Assembly (NCBI GenBank): GCA_963934675.1
Contig: CAWVZP010000003.1
Coordinates: forward strand, 1-49,490
Reading direction: 5' to 3'
Length of the DNA stretch: 49,490 nt
Source: an uncultured Gammaproteobacteria bacterium
GTDB lineage: Bacteria; Pseudomonadota; Gammaproteobacteria; GCA-001735895
The notes beneath the pieces are model-generated. The model saw only the letters and a program-made list of their open reading frames with translations, was not told the origin of the DNA and ran no database searches. This document shows positions 41,075 through 49,490 of the stretch, in pieces. The position numbers were made by a program, and so were the translations under genes. The number at the start of each line of letters is the position of its first letter. The stretch's first letter is position 1.

Positions 41075-43063
41075 TTAAAACCCGCTACTAAGCCTTAAAA
41101 AAAAGATTTTTTCTGCAATGTTTTCTGGCCTGTAATCACTGTATTCTTCAAGTAAGTTTTGTCCAATAATCTCGATCTGTGTGTTACCTTCCTGAGAAAT
41201 GGTGTAAGCGTAACGTAAGTCCAGCTTGTTGAATGCAGGCCGGACTGATGCGCCCTGTATCCATCGCACTTCGTCCAAATAATAATAAGATGTCGAAACA
41301 TGATGTCTGTCACGTAAATGATAACGCATGTGCAGAAATCCTGTTTTCTCCGAAAAGGAAGCCGCATAGGTGGTTACATTCGATTCTACCTCAATCAGAC
41401 TGAGGCCAGTCTGAAATGTCAGTCCGGTAATCGGATGGTAATCGAATGATAGTTCTACACCTGACACTTGGCTTTTGCCACTATTGATATAAGTTTGCAC
41501 GGCCTGATTTATCCCCAAGGTGGCGTGGGGTACCTCGATTTTGGTATTGATGATCTGGTCAGAGATAGTATAAGTGAATAGTTTGATATCACTGCCTATG
41601 CTGGCATGACTCAGTTGACTGCGTAGCCCAATCTCGTAAGAAAGGATATTTTCAGGCTTGATGTTCGGATTACCTAGGTTAAGTAAAATATCGGCCTGAA
41701 CCGGTCCAGCACCCGGCACGGTACCGCTAACGGTGGAAACCGAGTGAGCAGAAACCTCAAAGAAAAGTGGGTTTCGCTTTGCCTTCGAAATGACAAGGCG
41801 TAATGCATGCTCACTAGACATGTTTCGGATTATAGACAATCTGGGTGAATATTCGAGCTCAGTCAAGCTGGAGTTTTCTACCGATGTCCCAAAATCAAGC
41901 AGCCAGTTCTTGTTAATGCGCCACTCAACACCACCGAAAAATCGACCTGTGTTGACATAGTGAGGCTTGTTTTCCTTATCAAGTAAGGGTGACTGAATTC
42001 TGTCATGCCTAAATCCAGCACCATACACCAGTCGCAGGGCTGAAGAGAACTCTTCGGTTAGTATTACCTCAACATCAGTTCTGTCTGACTTTCTACTTTC
42101 GTCGATGAGTGCAACCGCATTAGGAACTGGACCCAAAGCAAATGGGAGTGAATTATATTGATCGGCCACCTCTTGCAAAGTATGCGTCAACTTTAAAATA
42201 GTATTGGTGGTATCGCCAACGGCCTCCCATTGCAAGTTGAAGTAAATATTGGTGGATTCCTGTTCTCGTATTCCATTCCCTACAGATTTGTGGCTACCTG
42301 TACCTGCCGTGCTGTCACTGCCACCCAACTGAAACGTCCAGAACTGATTATGGGCAGAAACCAGGTCAAGACGAAAGTTGGCAGTATTGATTTTTTTACT
42401 GTCGTGGACATTAATAAAGCCCTCATCGTTTCGGGTGCCAGCACTGAGACGCCAGTCTAAATCACCAACATGGTAACCGTGCCGGACATAAGCATCTTTA
42501 ATGTTCGGGTTAGCATTGTCGCTGGCGGTGACTGAATAACGCGCGTCAATATCTTCGGCGGCGTCTCTGGTGATAATATTAATAGTAGCTAAAAAGGCGT
42601 TTGCACCGTAGGTTACTGCGTTTGGGCCACGAATTACTTCAATACGTTCGATATCTTCAATTAATAGCGGTAAGTTTGACCAAGGGATTCCACCAAATGA
42701 AGGGACAAATACTGATCGACCATCAATTAAAACCTGCATTTGACGTTCATATTGTCCACCATTGCCGTGGTAGCTGACGACAGGAGTATTACCATTTAAA
42801 AAGCCCACAATAAAGCCCGGTACCAGGCGAAATAGCTCCGATACGTCACGAACGCCAGAGGCTTCAATAGTGTCCCTATTAATAATACTGACTGTAGCAG
42901 GTGCTTCAAGTAGGGGTTTACTCATGCGTGAAGCGGTTAGTACGAGCGGTCCATCTTCAAAAAAATCTGAACCAGCAGAGGTATTTATGTTTGAACTCCA
43001 TAATGGTGAAGAACAAATCAGCAAAAAAGCACAGTTAATAGTATTAAAATGACGAAAATACAA
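41075..43063 (-). CDS. TonB-dependent outer-membrane receptor
   Basis: Signal peptide, VLTASR TonB-box region, plug (LFRLVPG; IERIEVIRGPNAVTYGANA), beta-strand pattern, NLL, terminal Phe. Confidence 0.92.
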   Translation of the reverse strand: MYFRHFNTINCAFLLICSSPLWSSNINTSAGSDFFEDGPLVLTASRMSKPLLEAPATVSIINRDTIEASGVRDVSELFRLVPGFIVGFLNGNTPVVSYHGNGGQYERQMQVLIDGRSVFVPSFGGIPWSNLPLLIEDIERIEVIRGPNAVTYGANAFLATINIITRDAAEDIDARYSVTASDNANPNIKDAYVRHGYHVGDLDWRLSAGTRNDEGFINVHDSKKINTANFRLDLVSAHNQFWTFQLGGSDSTAGTGSHKSVGNGIREQESTNIYFNLQWEAVGDTTNTILKLTHTLQEVADQYNSLPFALGPVPNAVALIDESRKSDRTDVEVILTEEFSSALRLVYGAGFRHDRIQSPLLDKENKPHYVNTGRFFGGVEWRINKNWLLDFGTSVENSSLTELEYSPRLSIIRNMSSEHALRLVISKAKRNPLFFEVSAHSVSTVSGTVPGAGPVQADILLNLGNPNIKPENILSYEIGLRSQLSHASIGSDIKLFTYTISDQIINTKIEVPHATLGINQAVQTYINSGKSQVSGVELSFDYHPITGLTFQTGLSLIEVESNVTTYAASFSEKTGFLHMRYHLRDRHHVSTSYYYLDEVRWIQGASVRPAFNKLDLRYAYTISQEGNTQIEIIGQNLLEEYSDYRPENIAEKIFFLRLSSGF

Positions 43064-43271
43064 AAGGGATTACTCCGGACCTTCACAGTTAAAAGGAATG
43101 GTAAGCTATTTAGAAAAATAAAATGCCACTAACTCATTAGGGCGAACTATAAATTCAAATGACATTACTAACAAAATCGCGTAGCAAGCGATTCGTCATT
43201 CTAGTAAAATATCGTAGGTTATCATTTATCGATAAGTATCTCATCGCCCGGACTAGACACTTTTAATAATT

Positions 43272-44165
43272 ATGTTTTTAGAAAACACTATAGGAAACAC
43301 TCCACTCGTTACATTGCAGCGAATGTGTGATTCAAGCCGCAACCGAATATCTGTCAAATTGGAAGGCAATAATCCAGCAGGTTCAATTAAAGATAGGGCC
43401 GCTTACAGTATGATAAGGCGCGCAGAACTCCGCGGAGAAATTTCCCCTGGTGACACTCTGGTCGAGGCAACCAGTGGTAATACCGGCATTGCGTTGGCGA
43501 TGGTCGCTGCCACTAAGGGCTATCATATGATCCTGATCACGCCAGACAACATGACCCGTGAGCGACACATTACAATGAGCGCTTACGGTGCCGAGATCAT
43601 ACTAGTAACTAAACAACAAGGCATGGTTGGGGCAAGAGATTTGGCGATCGAGATGCAAGCACAGGGCAAAGCCAAATTACTTGATCAGTTTGCTAATCCT
43701 GATAATCCGCTCGCCCATTTTGAGACAACTGCGCCAGAAATCTGGCAGCAAACCAATCAAACAATCACTCATTTTGTATGTTCAATGGGAACAACGGGTA
43801 CCATTGTTGGGTGTTCGCGTTACTTCAAAAAAGTTGACCCATCAATTCAAATCATTGGTGTTCAACCAGAGGATGGTTCAGTAATTGTCGGTATTCGGCG
43901 CTGGCCTGAAGAATATGTTCCAAAAATTTACGATGCGACTCATGTTGATCGCATTATGGACATATCACAGAGTCAAGCTGAACAAACTGCACGTCAGTTG
44001 GCATCGCAAGAAGGTATTTTTTGTGGCGTGTCTTCAGGTGGTGGTGTTGCTGTTGCTCTGCAAGTTTTACAACAGCTTGAAACTGACAAAGTGACTAATG
44101 CTCATATTGTTGCCATTATTTGTGACCGTGGTGATCGTTATGTTTCATCGAATTTGTTTGAATAG
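43272..44165 (+). CDS. cysM: Cysteine synthase B
   Basis: KLEGNNPAGSIKDR, ATSGNTG, MGTTGT, GIRRWPEEY, CDRGDRY. Confidence 0.96.
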   Translation: MFLENTIGNTPLVTLQRMCDSSRNRISVKLEGNNPAGSIKDRAAYSMIRRAELRGEISPGDTLVEATSGNTGIALAMVAATKGYHMILITPDNMTRERHITMSAYGAEIILVTKQQGMVGARDLAIEMQAQGKAKLLDQFANPDNPLAHFETTAPEIWQQTNQTITHFVCSMGTTGTIVGCSRYFKKVDPSIQIIGVQPEDGSVIVGIRRWPEEYVPKIYDATHVDRIMDISQSQAEQTARQLASQEGIFCGVSSGGGVAVALQVLQQLETDKVTNAHIVAIICDRGDRYVSSNLFE

Positions 44166-44235
44166 GTCATTAGAATCAGCCATCCAATGCTTATTGATAA
44201 GAAGCCATTAATAACAACCCAATAATAATTTAGCT

Positions 44236-45012
44236 ATGAACGTATTAACCTTTAAACTAAAAACGATTCCTGATATTGACGGTTGCCGCAAGCTATACGA
44301 CTTGCATGGATTGTCAGATGATGATGTGGCGCAAGCTGTCTTTCATAAACGACGACAGGAAGCTAACACCGAACTATTACGTCATCACTTGCAAAAAGTA
44401 ATTGGAGTGTCTGCGGTGCTGCGAACAGGCGATCAATTTAAAGTATGGTCGTTGGGTTCAGTCGATTCTAGTGAGGAGGATTTATTACAGCGCTTTTATA
44501 GCGGATTAGCGCGTTATACGCCCATGCTAGTGTCCTGGGGTGGTGCCGGTTTTGATTTGCCAATAACGCACTACCGCTCATTGTTATATCCAGTCAATGC
44601 AGAACAGTACTGGTCTGCAGGGCAGGGCGATAACAGCTTTCAAACTGATAATGTTTTCTGTAAATATCCCGACCGACACACTGATTTGATGGATCTCCTA
44701 TCGGGGTTTCAAGTCAGTGCGAATGCACCCCTAAACGAAATGGCAACGCTTTGTGGTTTTCCTGGCGACACGGGTATAAGCACCAATGAACAAATATGGG
44801 AAAACTATCAAGCTGGCGGGATCGAAGACATTCGTCATGCCTGCGAAACAGAGGTACTGAATACCTATTTGGTATATCTTAATTTACAGCGCAATCGCGG
44901 CATAATTGACCTGGCCCAGTACGAAACTGAATGTCGAATGGTACGTGACAATCTTACTGCATCAGGTCAACCTCACTTAATTACATTCGAAAAAAGCTGG
45001 CTTGACCAGTAG
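44236..45012 (+). CDS. PolB-like 3'-5' exonuclease family protein with degenerate catalytic motifs
   Basis: LVSW.G.GFDLP..HYRSL, RHTDLMD, GFPG, NTYLVYL; usual cysM-exo-rlmD position. Confidence 0.85.
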   Translation: MNVLTFKLKTIPDIDGCRKLYDLHGLSDDDVAQAVFHKRRQEANTELLRHHLQKVIGVSAVLRTGDQFKVWSLGSVDSSEEDLLQRFYSGLARYTPMLVSWGGAGFDLPITHYRSLLYPVNAEQYWSAGQGDNSFQTDNVFCKYPDRHTDLMDLLSGFQVSANAPLNEMATLCGFPGDTGISTNEQIWENYQAGGIEDIRHACETEVLNTYLVYLNLQRNRGIIDLAQYETECRMVRDNLTASGQPHLITFEKSWLDQ

Positions 45013-45037
45013 AGCCTTACCAATGGAGAAAATATAG

Positions 45038-46740
<1,703 letters not shown>

Positions 46741-46778
46741 TCTGACAGAGCTCACTTTTTTAATAAGTGCCTATCCAG

Positions 46779-46805
46779 ACGTCCCCAGTGGGTGCCGGGG
46801 GATGT
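46779..46805. terminator. GC-rich hairpin between convergent P-II and MFS genes
   Basis: ACGTCCCC...GGGGATGT stem with T-rich sequence shortly downstream. Confidence 0.4.
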
Positions 46806-46880
46806 GAGATTTTTGTCTGTTTTTAGTGCTATCGACTTACAGGCTTTCTTTTCGACCTAGATTTAGATAAGTTAATTTTT

Positions 46881-48191
46881 TTACAATCCCCGATTATCGT
46901 CCTGATCGGATAGTTCTTCTGCAGCATCGAGTTGTTCTAGCTCATCGTTGGCAACTGCTTCGGCGTAATCGACTGCGTCGGGAGCATTGTATTCGGCAAT
47001 TGGCGTACCAATCGAACCATAGGCAATGAAAGCAGACTGGTCTTTCACATCCAGACCGGCGCGGGATTGAATCCGAATCATTGTAAAAAGTAGTATCAGG
47101 ACAAATATAGTGGCAATCCCCCAGAAGAAAAATGTCACGTTATAGAAATCCATGAAGAAGGCGACGATAATTGGCCCCGTACTTAAACCGATGCCCGATA
47201 CCATCACCAGGCTACCGCTGGCCCCCACGATTTGACCCGGTTCGAGCCGGTCGTTAGCGTATGCGATACAAATTGAATACATTGGCATAGCCGCACCACC
47301 GAGTAGCAGTATGCTAGCAAAAAACGCAGGACTACCCTTTGGTAACACGATTGCGATCATGCAGGCGGCAATCGCGATGATTGAAATAACTGACATAACG
47401 AGGCGGCGGTTCACTCGATCTGAAATGTAACCAATGGGCCATTGTGTAATTAGGCCGCCTACCAGGAAACAGGCCATAAATATTGAAATTGATTTAACAT
47501 CGCCTAATACAGTACTAGCGTAGATAGCGCCCATTCCAAAAAAAGTGCCGTGGGCCATTCCGGTCAACCCATTACCGATAACCGCCAAAGGCGACGCTTT
47601 ATACAGCTCGATCAACGACATGGTTTGGGAGTAACCGAAAGTGGGTGCAGGTTTAGCCGTTAGTAACATCGGAATCAGGCCAAAGGAAATAATGACCGAA
47701 GTAAGAATGAATAGATCAATCGAACTGGGCTCTGCTAAATTGAGCAAAAATTGACCTGATCCCATTCCCGCTGTCGTTAGAACCATGTAAACCGACAAAA
47801 CCTTGCCACGCGTTTCGTTACTGGCACGATCGTTCAACCAGCTTTCGGTGACGACATAGATTCCGGCAAAACAGATGCCAGTAACAATTCGCATTAATGT
47901 CCAGCCTAGCGGCGTGATATAGACTCCGTGCAACAGGATAGAAATTGAGGCAAGCGAAGCCAGAGCCGAAAAAACTCGAATATGCCCAACCCGTTGAACC
48001 AGATATGGCGCCAGAAATGAACCGATGAAAATGCCAATGAAATAACCCGACATCATGATGCCAGTGGTAAAAGTTGAGAACCCTTCTACACCTGCGCGGA
48101 CACCGAGCAAGGTCCCTTGCAGCCCATTGGCTAGCATCAGGCATGCAATACCGAGCAAAATAGCCCACGATGCCGACAGATCTTTCCACAT
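46881..48191 (-). CDS. MFS transporter (YcaD-like)
   Basis: About 12 TM helices, RVGHIRVF, ESWLN, WPIGYISDRVNRR, AYANDR. Confidence 0.88.
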   Translation of the reverse strand: MWKDLSASWAILLGIACLMLANGLQGTLLGVRAGVEGFSTFTTGIMMSGYFIGIFIGSFLAPYLVQRVGHIRVFSALASLASISILLHGVYITPLGWTLMRIVTGICFAGIYVVTESWLNDRASNETRGKVLSVYMVLTTAGMGSGQFLLNLAEPSSIDLFILTSVIISFGLIPMLLTAKPAPTFGYSQTMSLIELYKASPLAVIGNGLTGMAHGTFFGMGAIYASTVLGDVKSISIFMACFLVGGLITQWPIGYISDRVNRRLVMSVISIIAIAACMIAIVLPKGSPAFFASILLLGGAAMPMYSICIAYANDRLEPGQIVGASGSLVMVSGIGLSTGPIIVAFFMDFYNVTFFFWGIATIFVLILLFTMIRIQSRAGLDVKDQSAFIAYGSIGTPIAEYNAPDAVDYAEAVANDELEQLDAAEELSDQDDNRGL

Positions 48192-48238
48192 AAAATTAAC
48201 TCAATTGAGTGTAGTTGGTTAAAACAGATTATTTGAAC

Positions 48239-48250
48239 TAGACCGTTTGA
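48239..48250. repeat. 12-bp motif TAGACCGTTTGA, copy 1, upstream of the MFS gene
   Basis: Identical to 49437-49448. Confidence 0.5.
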
Positions 48251-48414
48251 AACTGGCTATTTCACAGTCTGTGTCGATCATTCTAAGCGCGCGGATATTA
48301 ATAGTGTTTTTGTCATTTAACAGTTTTAAATGCGACGCATCAAAGTGGATTAAACGTCAGTTGGGCCTTATTGATACTTGGACTTAACTAAAGGAGGTTC
48401 ATATTAAACCAAGT

Positions 48415-49302
48415 TCATATTAAATCAGGGTATGCCATTTCAGTTGCTTGCTGCTCCAAATCCAAAATAGAGTGATATTGACTTAGTTCAACATCAATAA
48501 ACTCAACCAGCCGCAGACATTGCCGATGTTGATCAGGTAATAGAGCTAGTGCTTTATTGAGCATTAAAGTGAGTCGCTTGGGGTCAGTTTTTTTCAGTCT
48601 TGAATTTGGCATAACAAACGGTAATCCACAAGTTTTTACGCTATAGCCAATCGCTTTTACTTGGACTGCAAGCTCCGGCCAGGCATCTGCAATAAGCGCA
48701 AGGCTAACGCTGTCGATAGCAGCGATATCGGCTCGACCTTCACTCACCTCGATCAAACTTTGCCTATGTGAACCGGATTCGATCAAGCGAGTAAAAAAGG
48801 GTTTCCCCTTTCCTTTTTTGTGGGCCAGCGGTGCCAGTGCATGACGAAACACATTCATACCGCTATTTGAATCTCGACCATTGAATGCAGCAACCCCTTG
48901 ATAACTATCGTAAAGTGATTGGATTTCACTATTGATTGAGGCGATAAATATGCTGGAGTAATACCTGACATCGTTGCCAGCAGCATCAGTATCAATATTT
49001 ATATCAGCATTTACATTAAAGATGGGCACGCAGATTGGACTCAGTAAATCTTGTAGGCTTTTCATCAGTGGATAGCCGCAGGTATGACCCATAAATAGAT
49101 AATCATCGCGCAACGTTGTCGCATCCGTATCGAAGCGTAGCGTAGGGTCCAGAATGTCACCGATATCGTTATTGTCTTGGGCCAAACTGTAAAACAGATC
49201 AAACAGTACCCGCCACGCTAGTTTTAAATCATCGGTAAAGGCATACATGCCACAGCTGATGAATGGAGGCGTTGCACGTCGAAGATCGTTAGTTGATGTC
49301 AT
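48415..49302 (-). CDS. PhnD/phosphonate-binding-like protein without a signal peptide
   Basis: HTCGYP, YSSIFI, AAFNGRDSNSG, SGSHRQS, ADIAAIDSV, GLPFV. Confidence 0.8.
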   Translation of the reverse strand: MTSTNDLRRATPPFISCGMYAFTDDLKLAWRVLFDLFYSLAQDNNDIGDILDPTLRFDTDATTLRDDYLFMGHTCGYPLMKSLQDLLSPICVPIFNVNADINIDTDAAGNDVRYYSSIFIASINSEIQSLYDSYQGVAAFNGRDSNSGMNVFRHALAPLAHKKGKGKPFFTRLIESGSHRQSLIEVSEGRADIAAIDSVSLALIADAWPELAVQVKAIGYSVKTCGLPFVMPNSRLKKTDPKRLTLMLNKALALLPDQHRQCLRLVEFIDVELSQYHSILDLEQQATEMAYPDLI

Positions 49303-49436
49303 CAGCTGGTGAGTTTTCCGGTTAGAGGTTGTCGTTTAGAGCAGACAATTTATCGCATCGAAGCCTTTTAAAGCAAGCGTGAGAAAATGTTGTGTTAAAT
49401 CAACAGTGCGGTTTATAAAAAACAACAATTACCATA

Positions 49437-49448
49437 TAGACCGTTTGA
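49437..49448. repeat. 12-bp motif TAGACCGTTTGA, copy 2, upstream of the PhnD-like gene
   Basis: Identical to 48239-48250. Confidence 0.5.
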
Positions 49449-49490
49449 TGCTAAATGCAATATTATCTCAGCAACTAAGCATCTGGTTTT

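Noticed and set aside
49303-49490. Upstream gene coupled by TGATG to the PhnD-like gene
   Set aside because: That frame has an in-frame stop about 50 bp upstream; the region looks intergenic

Overview
This is a gammaproteobacterial core-genome window. In order it holds: the 3' end of the nuo operon (nuoL partial, nuoM, nuoN); tRNA-fMet-rimP-nusA-infB-rbfA-truB-rpsO-pnp; glnE-ilvE-small Zn-finger gene; a Fur-boxed Fe(III) ABC transporter; a Zn-LID adenylate kinase; yjbQ and nadB; rpoE-rseABC-mucD/degP-glutaredoxin-like-lepA-lepB-DUF4845-rnc-era-recO; a minus-strand TonB-dependent receptor / periplasmic binding protein / BarA-GacS kinase cluster; cysM, a degenerate 3'-5' exonuclease, rlmD and a P-II gene; an MFS transporter and a PhnD-like protein. 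Three observations stand out. (1) A diverged MITE-like repeat family with GGnCAnnTCTAAAAA-type ends occurs four times in about 12.5 kb, always at operon junctions. Two copies are stop-free end to end in the same frame, and one appears inserted in frame into a signal peptide. (2) The receptor + orphan binding protein + GacS/BarA cluster looks like a trans-envelope signalling module. (3) Smaller oddities include a probable ATT start codon, a pseudo-exonuclease, and a promoter superimposed on a terminator. All calls come from reading the sequence by eye; no database searches were run.
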